Part shown: in pieces, positions 36,410 to 47,151 of the stretch
How the letters are laid out: each line of letters starts with the position of its first letter
Numbering within the stretch: the stretch's first letter is position 1
Origin: Vitrella brassicaformis CCMP3155
Lineage: Eukaryota > Protista > Chromerida
Length of the DNA stretch: 64,000 nt
Assembly: GCA_001179505.1 (NCBI GenBank)
Contig: CDMY01000267.1
Span: 1-64,000 of the forward strand
Reading direction: 5' to 3'
Program-made: the position numbers and the translations under genes
The notes under the pieces: model-generated
Seen by the model: the letters and a program-made list of their open reading frames with translations, nothing else
What the model was told of the DNA's origin: nothing
The model's database searches: none

Positions 36410-36650
36410 CGGCGCCCCCACCTCCCGTGCGGCTCGTTTCCTCTCCTCCTCACCTGTGCGCGGGTCAGCACCATCCTGCCAGCAACGGGTGAACTGCTGT
36501 CCCTACAATAAGCAACGTGTTGAGCTGCAGAGGCCCTCCACAACGCACACCGCACTGCAGCGGACGAACAGCGTCTGACTCACGGGACGGCGTGCGAAGC
36601 GATACTGACGCCTCCTTGCTGATCAAAGGAAGACCGATTCTCCTGAAGGC
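36410..36650 (+). repeat. 240-bp non-microsatellite element, copy 1 (inverted copy at 63759-64000)
   Basis: Near-identical reverse complement of the window end: a handful of substitutions and no indels in the core. Confidence 0.9.
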
Positions 36651-36919
36651 CACGAAGCAGCAAAGAATGGGCGAGACTGAATGGGGGCTTGACGTGGGCT
36701 CGCAATTAGTGTTTCACGGAGGGCACCAAAGCAAAAGAGAAGGGAAGGCGTTTGCAGACAAACCACCGCCTTCTTACCTGTTGAATCGCGGATATCCGTT
36801 GAGTGACGTAATTCAGGTAGGGATGCATGGCACTGATGGGATGATGGAAAGCGAAAAGAGGGGAAGCCCTTCATGCACGTGTGTTGCCTTTGGTGTGGTA
36901 CTTGCTGCAGATCGTAAGG

Positions 36920-38599
36920 ATGGCCGTCCGTTCGTCAACCGCAGCCCATCAGCAGCAGCAGCAGCAGCAGCAGCAGGCGGCAGTGATAGAGGCCATCGAG
37001 ATGCAGATCCACTTCCGTCCCGGCTCCAATGAGGGGGCCAAAAAGCTCACCCGTCGGCTCGTCAGGAGAATCATGAATCGCAGCATTACTCCTGACGGTG
37101 TGCGGCGCCTTATTCGCCGCGGCGCTGATCCCACCGTGACCATCGAGCTGTCCGTACCGGGGCACGTACGGAGGGTGGCGCGCGTGTGTCTGCTCGCGTT
37201 GGCCATCGACGACTTCAGCTCCCCCACTGCGCTGGAGTCGGCGCTCCAGCTATTTGTATGGCCTCCCTTTGGTCCTCCTCCGGGTCGGCTGGTGCTCCCA
37301 TTGTGGCCAAGCCGTCAGATCCAGGCGGGCATCATCAACGCGCTGGTGGACGAGGGCGCAGATGTCGATGGGCTGGCGGACGGGAGCAAGCGCCCCGTGG
37401 AGGTGGCGGTGCGGTCGGGCAACGCGACGGGAGTGGAGGCCCTCGTGGGCACACATGGGGCGAAGGTGGACGGCATGGGGCTGCTGCATGTGCCGCTGCT
37501 CGTGGCGACCGAGCAGTACGAGGATACCCTGATCGATATCTTCGGCTACCTCCTGGATCAAGACCCCGACTTGGCGACGGAGAGCAATGTGCACAGCATC
37601 GGTGTCGTCATCAGCACTGATGTGGTGTACTCGGCAGCCAAGGCGGGTCGTGTCTACTCCCGGGGCTTCATCGAGGCCTACCTGGACCTGGTGACGGCCA
37701 ACGGGGCGACCCTGACCCACGTGGAGCATCCTCGCAGGACGGCATTGTACTCGGCCTGTTTCTTCTCTGCACACCATGTGGTCGAGTACCTGTGCGACAA
37801 CCTCACACCCGCCGACATCAACGCCTCACACCCGCCGTCTGTGCCGCAGACCCCTCTTGACTGTGCTGCCTTCAAGCTCGCCCAGCTCACCGATCCACAT
37901 GGTGCCCTCTGGGTGTACGAGGACCGTGACAAGGCGATAGAGGGCATGAAGGGGGCGGTCCGCACCCTGCTGCGGTCGGGGGCAATGATTGGCGTGATGC
38001 CCACCGCGGAGCGTCGTCTGGTGTTGGATCAGTACGTCAAGGTGCTGAATGCGCTGCCCACGGCCGTCATGGGAGCCATCAATGCCGCCCTGGCCCCCCA
38101 GCGCTCCCTCGCCGCCGTCATCACGCCCTGGCTGGCCGTCGGTCCGAACGAGGCGCCCATCTTCGGCTGGCGCATCGCATCTTACCTGTTCGACATGGAT
38201 GCCGCCAAGGCGGGCATCAGTGAGGCCATCGGTGTGCGGGGCAGCGACCTGGCCCGCCGTGTGTGTGCGGCTGCCCAGCACTTCGTTGAGTCGGCTTTGT
38301 ACAAGGCCAGCATCAGCAACAGGGAGGTGATGGGCCACAAGGAGAGTGTGGAGGGCGAGATGGTGCGGGTGCCGCTGCAGTGCTTCGCCGTGAGGGCGGG
38401 GTCGAGTGTGCGTCGGCTGGGGGTGCGTGAGGTGGTGCACAAGGCGCGGCTGGACGAGGTGGCGGCACACGGGCTGCAGGGCGTGGTCAAGGGCTTCAAC
38501 ACCCACCTGGGCAACACCGACTGCGTGTTCCAGTGGGGCCAGCTGGAATGGGCGGATCATGCCAGTGACGCCAGCTGGCGGCCGCTGGGCATCAACTAA
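36920..38599 (+). CDS. Intronless ankyrin-like protein, probably of a lineage-expanded family
   Basis: Single uninterrupted ~560-aa ORF. ANK-like motifs: LIRRGADP, LVDEGADVD, RPVEVAVRSGNATGVEALV, RTALYSACF, QTPLDCAA. C-terminus LQCFA..RLGVREVVHKARLDE..GVVKGFNTHLG..FQWGQL, recalled as typical of a Vitrella paralog family (not checked by search). Confidence 0.85.
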   Translation: MAVRSSTAAHQQQQQQQQQAAVIEAIEMQIHFRPGSNEGAKKLTRRLVRRIMNRSITPDGVRRLIRRGADPTVTIELSVPGHVRRVARVCLLALAIDDFSSPTALESALQLFVWPPFGPPPGRLVLPLWPSRQIQAGIINALVDEGADVDGLADGSKRPVEVAVRSGNATGVEALVGTHGAKVDGMGLLHVPLLVATEQYEDTLIDIFGYLLDQDPDLATESNVHSIGVVISTDVVYSAAKAGRVYSRGFIEAYLDLVTANGATLTHVEHPRRTALYSACFFSAHHVVEYLCDNLTPADINASHPPSVPQTPLDCAAFKLAQLTDPHGALWVYEDRDKAIEGMKGAVRTLLRSGAMIGVMPTAERRLVLDQYVKVLNALPTAVMGAINAALAPQRSLAAVITPWLAVGPNEAPIFGWRIASYLFDMDAAKAGISEAIGVRGSDLARRVCAAAQHFVESALYKASISNREVMGHKESVEGEMVRVPLQCFAVRAGSSVRRLGVREVVHKARLDEVAAHGLQGVVKGFNTHLGNTDCVFQWGQLEWADHASDASWRPLGIN

Positions 38600-39643
38600 C
38601 GGACTCACTGTCTCATCGTTGTGTAAATAATGAGAGGGGGGAGTGGGACGGGCAGAGGGGAGGGAGGGATGCATCGCCCGTGAACGTTCGTGTGTGCCTG
38701 TGTGGCATGCCTGCGGGGAGGGAAGTTTTGGGGTTCACACAAGTGGAGGCGTCTGCCCCTGTACAGTCATCACAATGTCATGCAGCCTCTTCCTGTCTTG
38801 CCTGTGGAGTGCCATCCATCCACAGGCTGCCGTTGTGGGGAAAGATGGTCGTGGAAGAATGGACAGATGGCATGGACGGACACGACACACAGCACAAGAA
38901 GAGAGATAAGGAACGGACCGCAGGCAGGCAGGCAGCTGTGCTGCTGGCTGCAAACCTGCAAAGCGTGGCTGGAGAGAGAGGCTGACGATCGCATTTGTGC
39001 ATTTGCACGTGTGCATCTGATGCGTGTACCTGTGTGCATCCTTTGAGACTCTGCTGTGTGTGTGTGTTGTCTCCCATATCCGTCAATGGGTTTGTGAGAC
39101 ACGATGAAGGGATGCGAAGCCACTCGATTCAGCCACCAGATGGCAGACAGGTTCTCGGAAATCATTTTTGTCTCCGTCTCGATCAGCTCGCGAAAATCTC
39201 GTCGCATGTGATTTCATTGTCTGCGGACAACAGGAGGCCATTAAAGGCAGACAGAGGCAGAGAGGATGGCTGCTCCCGCAGATGAGAGGTGAGGTTGCGT
39301 GAATGAAAACGGAATGGCTTTTTGTTTTCCCATTTGCGCAGTCAATTCGTTCGAATTCTCATCATTCGTTCATGTCACGACAAAAACAGCGGCCCGTCCG
39401 CCTTTTTCCGCTCGTGTGTCTGTGTGTCCGTCGGTATGTGTGTGTCCCTCTTTCGCGCACACACACAGCCACCACGCCATCCATCATGACCTCACTTCAT
39501 TTCATGGCTCGCTCGTCCATCTGTCATGTCTATCGAAAAACCGCCACCCGCCCGCCCCACTGCCATCAATGCACGCGCCGGCCGATGGCAGCCAGCTGCC
39601 GTCGCCACTGCTGCATTCACAGACGTCGCCATCAACACCGCGT

Positions 39644-39664
39644 TTACAGGCCCTCGGGGAACTG

Positions 39665-39695
<31 letters not shown>

Positions 39696-41332
39696 GAGAG
39701 AGAGGGAGAGGGAGAAGGAGAGGGAGATATATCATGAACGTCTCTGTGTGTCTGTGTGGTGTGGGTGTGCTCACAAATTTCTGCAATCCCGTCCCTGCCG
39801 GAAGGCGGTAGCCCGGACCGAGGCCGAAACCTTCACCTGCACACCAAGCCACGCCACGCCACGTCACACACACAACACGCGCACACACGTACATTCAAAG
39901 TCTCTCTGTGTGTATGTGTGTGGGTGTGTGTGTGTCGTTTGCGCGCACCGATTTGTTCGAGCAGGCCTTCGCCGGTGACGGCTGCCTGGAGCATCATGCC
40001 GATGATGGCGATCATCGCCAGGCGGCCGTTCTTGATCTCACGCACCTACAGATAAATCAGATACACGACACACATGACATGACACGGACAGACAATGGAA
40101 TGATGCGATCCAGCCACCGTCCCGTCCACCATATGACATTCCATGAGCAAGGTACCTACCTGCATTCGGTAGTACTCGTCCTCGTCGAATGCGAACCCGA
40201 AAGGGTTCCACCTGCCCTCGCCCTGACCGAGACCTAAGTCGCCCGCCTCCTTCTCGCCGCGAACCACACTGATCCGCCCACACACACACACGCGTCAATC
40301 CATCCATCCATCCATCTCTGCGTGTCGTGGCTGCGCTGCCTACCGTCTGAGTCGGAAGAACTCGATGGCCGAGACGGTGCCGGCGATCTGCCAGAGGCCC
40401 TCCTTGGGCACGGTCGTCAGGGCCTTCCAAGGGTTGGTCTCGGCGAACGCATCCACACCAACCTGCACGAGTCAGTCAACAAAACACACACACATCGAGA
40501 CACACACGTCGATGGGCGCGACTGGGCGAATCCACACGCAGGGCCACGTACGTACCGCCGCGTTGCCGGGGAGGTGCCAGATCTCAGGGAAGATCCACCC
40601 GAGGGCGGCAAGCATCGCCACCCGCGAATGCACCAACTCGGCCTCTCTGTACCTGCATTCACAGCCACACACACACAGCCACGCGTGCACCACACCGCGC
40701 CCACGATCTGATGCGTCACGTCAACCCACCACTTGAGGGACCGTTCGTCGCCCCCGATGAGCCAGGTGCGTGGGAGGTTGTTTGAGAAGCCGACGGGGTC
40801 GAAGCCGAAGTCACCCGGGAGGCTGCCGTCGAGGTTGGGCGGCCGCTTGTCCATCGGCAGGGCCAAAGAGCGGTCGGACTCACCCCTGCAGTAGGGGGGT
40901 CAGACAGACAGACAGACAAACAGACAGAGGTCGCAGGGAGCAAAATGATGAGATGAGAGATGACAGGAGAGAAGATTGTGTGGAGCAATATCTGTCTGTC
41001 TGTCTGTGTATGTGTGTTGGATGTCTGTGTGTGAGCGTACATCTCGGCCATCGAGGGCCGCGTCAGGGATTTCCGCAGAGGGGAGTCTGCACAAGCAGCA
41101 GCGCACAACAAACACAGACACAACAGGCAGGAAATGAAACGGTGACCGTTCACAGATCCTGACAGTACACGTGTCGTGTGTTTGTGCACGTATCGTGCAA
41201 CAGCTTTCGAGAAAGAAGCGCTCTGCATCTCATGCATCTTTTTGCCTGCGTACCCCTCTTAAGGACGCCCTGCGGCACGAACGCATTTGCGCACACGGCA
41301 AGCAGGGCAACGGCCGCCACCACCTTCATCAT
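39644..41332 (-). CDS. Light-harvesting complex (chlorophyll-binding LHC) protein, plastid-targeted
   Basis: Signal MMKVVAAVALLAVCANA|FVP. Motifs: LDGSLPGDFGFDPVG, YREAELVHSRVAMLAALG, WQIAGTVSAIE, WNPFGF, EIKNGRLAMIAIIG. Ends QKFFPEGL*. Confidence 0.95.
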
Positions 41333-41656
41333 CGTGACACACACACTCGAACTCCAACCGACCAAACGCGATTGGCTTGCAAAGTAAAGTCTACGAAACC
41401 CTAGACCCCAAAAACCCTGCACCTAATCTGCGACACAACTCACGACTCATTTGGCCTGATTCTGACAGGTCTGTTGAGCCTGCTGCTCATGCCCGTCGTC
41501 TTCTACGTCGGCCTCAACGGCTTCATCTGGATGTGCCTCAGCCAACCACAGCCGGAGGGCCGCCTGGTTCTCATCTAGTGAGCGACCGAGACAGACAGAC
41601 AGACAGACAGACAGACCGACGGACAGACCGACGGACAAACCGAACCGACCGGCATC

Positions 41657-42379
41657 ATGGCGAGTGGAGGTGGAGGTGGGCAGGGGGAGATTGCCCTGTC
41701 TGTTGAGGAGACGAACAGGCTGCGGGCGGAGATAGGACTGAAGCCGCTCAAGATGGACGACACAGGGGGCGACAAGCAGAAACAACCAGGTACACACACA
41801 CACACACACAGCACTCACCCAAGACGCGACAACTCAGTCTGTCTGTGTCTGTCTGTGGTGTGTGTCGTTGGTTGAACGGCCAGGTGATGGTGTGGAGGAA
41901 GATCAGCAGCAGCCTGACGCGCAGGAGATGCGCGAGCGCATCGCAGCCTCCCGCTCACGCCGGGCGAGGGATGAGATCGCTGGAGGGAAGGGGCTAGGTA
42001 CGTCTTTAAGGAGGAGCGCACACGTCCATCTGCCGTCAGTAGGTGTTATTAATGTCTTTGCCTTGCTGTGTGTGTGTGTGTGTGTCGTCTAGGTGAGATA
42101 TTGGCCGGCGAGGAGGGCGGCGACGCCGCCGACTGGGTGGCCAAGATGCGACAGAAAGAGGCGGCCATGCAGCAGGTGCCTTCGTCCGTGGCGTAGTGTT
42201 CGATGCACACACAGAACTGTGTGTGTGTGTGTGTGTGCATGTGTGTGTGTGTAGGAGCAGCCCTCCGAAGCAGCAGCAGCAGCAGCGGTGCCCAAGAAGA
42301 AGGAGAGACGCGCAAGGCCCAAGGCGCCCAAGATGGCCGCTGAAGACGAACTCGCGGGGCTGCGGGTGAGTGGCTCACA

Positions 42380-42414
<35 letters not shown>

Positions 42415-42702
42415 AGAGAGAGATGTCTGTGTGTGTGTGTGTGTGTGTGTGTTGATTGTGTGAAGGTTGCGCACGACATGAAGGCCTTTGGTGAGGTACA
42501 CGAGGGCGAGGATGTCGTGCTCACGCTCGCCGACAAACCCATCATTGGGGACGATGCGGAGTTGGCCGAAGGTCCCGACGAGCTCGAGAACATCGCTATT
42601 AGGGAGAAGACGGCGCTGGACAAGAAGCTCAAAGGTATTGTGTCGGCCTGCCCACCCAGCATCACACGTGTGAACGTCGACCTCTCTCTCTCTCCCTCTC
42701 TC

Positions 42703-42735
<33 letters not shown>

Positions 42736-43065
42736 CAATGGCAGACAAGGAGAAGACCACTGTGTATGACCCCACCGAAGACTGGCAGATCGGTACACAC
42801 ACACACACACCCCTACCCACACACACACGGGCGCATCCCTCCTGTGACATGATGTGTTTAGGTCCCGACGGCCTTCCGCGCAAGAAGGACGTGTTGGAGC
42901 ACTACGACGAGTGGGCGGCCGAGAGCAGCAAGAAGAAGACAAAGACACCGGGGGGATTCTTCCTGTCGGCACTCGTCAAAGGAGGTATGCACGTCTGTCT
43001 GGCTGTCTGGCTGTCTGCGAAGATACGAACACACACCAATTGTCCACAATTGTCCATATCTCTCC

Positions 43066-43098
<33 letters not shown>

Positions 43099-45761
43099 TG
43101 CAGATGCGGATATCTCGCCGGCAAAGAAGCTGGACCTCCTCACGCAGAGCGCACAGCAGGTACGCTCACACGCAAGCCGCACACACACTGACTGACCGAC
43201 CGAGCGGCATCAAAGGCGTGTGTAGTATGGGCAAACACACATTCCTCTCACCCTCCCTCCCTCCCTCAGTCGTACTCCCAGCCCGCCGACTTCTACACCA
43301 AAGAAGAGATGGCCAAATTCAACAAACCGCGGCGCAGGAAGGAGAAGAAGAATGCACGGTACACAACCACAACCACGCCCTCTCTCAACCCACCCCCCCT
43401 GACATCTGTGTGTCCATGGGTGTGTGTGTGTGCAGCCGCAAGGTTGACTGGGAGGAGCTGCTGGGAGAGGGCGAGGAGGAGGACAGAGACACGGGCGAGA
43501 GGCATGCCGGCAGCAGGGCGTCGCAGGCCCAGAGGATGGAGGCCGAACGGTGCGGGAAGAGACGGAGGGAGGGAGGGAGGGAGGAAGAGGGAGGCACACT
43601 TGGATGGATGGATGGATATGTGTGTGTGTGTGTGTGCAGGCCCGATTCTGCTGCAGCGGTGGCACAGACGCTCAGGCAGCTCGATCAGAGGTACATCCTC
43701 CCTCCCACACACACATGGATGGCTCTGAAGATACATACAACCACGGCGGCGTGTGCGTGTGCGTGTGCGTGTGCGTGTGTGTGTGTGTGTGTGCGTGTCG
43801 TGCTTTCACCTTCTCCAGTCGTGGAGCAGCAGAGGGCGAGGCGCCCCCAGAGGATGAGGACGATCGCATGCTGTACGAGCAGCTCGCGAGACAGCGGCGG
43901 ATCGCACTTGCTCAGCAGGAGAGAGAGAAGAAACCTGACGAGTAAGCCACCACACACACACAGAGATGGATGGATGGATGGATGGAGGCTCTGCATCTGT
44001 GTGTGTGTGTGTGTGTGTGCAGGGATCTTGAGAATGGCGACGGTGTCGGCAGGGGCGGGGCGGAGGAGTACGTCAGGAAGGTGATCGAGGGGGACCTGGT
44101 CAAGAAGGAAGAAGGTAACTAACCGAGGCCCGTGGGACGGACGGACGGACACACCCACACAGACAGAGAACACGCCTCTCCCTCTCCCTCTCGCTCTCCC
44201 TCTCGCTGTGTGTGTGTCTGCAGAGGAGGACGTTGAAATGAAGGCCGAGGACGAAGCGGCCGGCGTCAAGAAAGAAGATGAGTCCAACGGTCGGCTCACA
44301 CACACACACACACACACACACAGCCCACTTATCTTTATGTGTGTGTGCAGTGGAGCTGTCTGCCTTCACGGAGTTCATCAAGTCGCTGCAGACGCCCGAG
44401 GAGAAGTTCTCGGCCATCCACTCAGAGGGCTACACCGGCAGCATGCTCTACAGGTCGGTCAGCTAGTTCACACACACACACACGCACACACACGATGGGT
44501 AAGTCAATGGATGGATGGACGTGATGCAGGCAGCAGCGCCTGGCTCGGCAGCGCAAGCTGGAGAGCAGAATCAAGGGCGAGAGAGCCGGACAGGTAACAG
44601 ACAACAGCCCCAAATTCCCGACCGACCCCACCCCAAACACGCGCGCGTGTGTGTGTGTGTGTGTGCCTGCATCAGGCTGAGCCAGCATCAGCACCAGCAG
44701 CCAAGGAAAAGGCCAAGGAAAGAACCAAGGACAAGGATGACGAGCAGATGGCCGACGCTGCAGCAGCAGCTGGTGGTGCAGAGGAGGCCGCGGTCGGGGA
44801 GGGGGAAGGAGAAGAAGAGAGCGATGAAGACGAGGTCAGTGCCACCCCCACCCCCCCACAGAGAGAAATGGAATTCCCCATTCTGTGTGTGTGTGGGTGC
44901 GTGTGGTGGTTAGGACGAGGAGCTGCTCAACGACTCCGCCATGGACGTGGGCCTCGCGAGCGCCCTCTCCTTCCTCAAGAGCCGAGGTACCCACCACCCC
45001 CTCAACCACCCCCTCTCCCCTTCTGCACACACACATACGGATTTGTGTGTGTGTGTGTGTGCAGGTGAGCTGAGCGACGACGCTTATCGCCTGAAGCGGC
45101 ACCACCCGACGCTCAAACCGATGCACATGGCCACCGACAAGGATGACATCAAGATAGAGTACCGAGACGACTACGGGCGGGTCATGGTATCGTTCCGCAC
45201 ACACACTGATGGGATGCCACACACCTGGATGGATCAATGGCATTGGCGTGGTTTGTTTTGTTTCTTCAGAATGAGAAGGAGGCTTTCCAATACATCAGCT
45301 GGACGTTCCACGGGCAAGCGCTACACACCCACCCCACACACACGAGTTTCTGTCTTGATGTGTGTGTATGCGTGTCTGTGTGGCTCTGTGTGTGCAGTAA
45401 GAAGCCCGGCAAGCGGAAGCTGGAGCGCATGATGATGAAGCAACAAAACGGTACGCCCAGATGGATGGATTGATGCTCTTGAGCCACACCTCTCCCTCTC
45501 TCCCTCTCTCCCTCCCTCCCTCCCTCTCTGTCTGTGTGCAGAGAAGCGGTTGAAGGAGATGGACCCGAGCGAGGTCATGCCCACCATGAGAGCCCTCAAG
45601 AAGATGCAGGTGGGTGCTCACTCGCACGCAGACATCCACTCGCACACACACAACTCCTTTCTGTGTGTGTGTGTGTGTGTGTGCGTGCGAACCACCAGGA
45701 GCAAGAGGGCGCTGCCCACCTGCGGCTGACCGGGACCAACAACTCCCTCAGAAACGCATAG
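41657..45761 (+). CDS. SART1: U4/U6.U5 tri-snRNP-associated protein SART1/Snu66
   Basis: HIND motif LSVEETNRLRAEIGLKPL. Other motifs: VVLTLADKPI, DELENIAI, DVLEHYDE, LPARRLL region, DIKIEYRDDYGRVM, EKEAFQYISWTFHGKKPGKRKLERM. Confidence 0.95.
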
Positions 45762-46734
45762 TCAGATAAACAGACAGCCAGGACGGTGGAGGTGGAGGTG
45801 GGTGCGCCGCAGACTATTGCCGGACGGTTTCCTTTGCTTTGCTCGACGATTGGCTTTGCATCTTTCTCATTATCGTGGCTGCGTACCGTCCCCGGGAGGA
45901 CCCAATCAATCTGAAAGTTTGTGTGCCGCTGTGTCAGTCCGGTGTGTATGGACGACTGACACCGGGAGAGGGAGACACTCTAAGGACTGGACCACACTTG
46001 TTCATTCGTTCATTCAGTCCTTAGAGTCCTTAGTGTCAGTGTCTGTGTGTGAGCCGTCCGACAGACACGGACACAGAGAGAGAGATGGGATAAATAATGC
46101 GAGCAAATGAGAGGAAGCGGACGAGACGAGCAGGGAGACACCACACACACCAACACGCACTCACACAAAACATGACAGGCCACATAGCACCCATCGCATG
46201 CATCGCACAGCACGAAGTCAGCCAGGCACCGGGGGGCACCAGGGATCACTCACTCACGTCAGGCGTCAGTCAAATTAGTGCGAAGGTCCGTCCATCCACC
46301 CACACACACAGCTGACGTGGCGGTAGGTCTACGTAAGAATACAACAACACCGTTCATTATACATACCAACACACTCCCCCGACCCCAACCCCATCTTTCT
46401 CTCCCCTCTCTTAGAAAGTCAGTCGCCTCGCATCGCCTGCAGCCCCTCAGTAGCATTTGCAGGAGCCAGCACGCCACGCGACTTATGCAGAATCCATCCG
46501 CTGACTGACTGACTTAGGTATCCGCCACCCCCCCACATACCCCACACAGACCCCAACCACACACGGCCACATCCACGCCCACCCGCACCTGTCTGTCCTG
46601 TCGGTGGGCAAACTGCTGACAGCGGTTGGGGCAAACAAAAACAGTTGACTTGGTGGTGGTGCGTTCGGTGGGCTGGGTGTGTGTGGGGGTGTGGTGGGAT
46701 GTGGGGGGGCCAGCAGCAGAGCAACAAAATTCCC

Positions 46735-46765
<31 letters not shown>

Positions 46766-47151
46766 CCGTGTCCGATTCTCATGATCCCACCTGTCAAGAG
46801 AGAGTATATCACAGCACCACCAAGTTGCCATCATTCCATTTCTCTGAGCTCGCTGATTGTGTGTGTGTTTCTTCGGTTGGTCGGCCGAACGAATGAATTG
46901 GCTGCGCCCCGCCCCAATGTTTATATAAGCGGATCAGGCGCAAGCGAGAAAGGAAGAAACCAAAGCACGCAACACCAGACAGACAGACAGACAGACTGTC
47001 TATGCAGGCAGGCAGTCACGCACACCACACCAGATGCAGAGATGCAGAGATGCAGAGACATAATAATGATAGATAAGAGAAACTCGGCAAAAGCTATCCA
47101 GCCCACCACCCACACCACCACCCCCTCACTGCAGCAGCAGCAGCAGCAGCA

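Noticed and set aside
36465-36653. 62-aa ORF conserved in both copies of the 240-bp element
   Set aside because: It starts at a non-ATG codon, and several frames stay open simply because the copies are recent and indel-free. The substitutions I checked are mostly non-synonymous.
46905-46930. GC-box + CCAAT + TATATAAG cluster in the SART1/hydrolase convergent gap
   Set aside because: No downstream ORF on that strand. Such short motifs arise by chance, and canonical TATA promoters are not established for this lineage.
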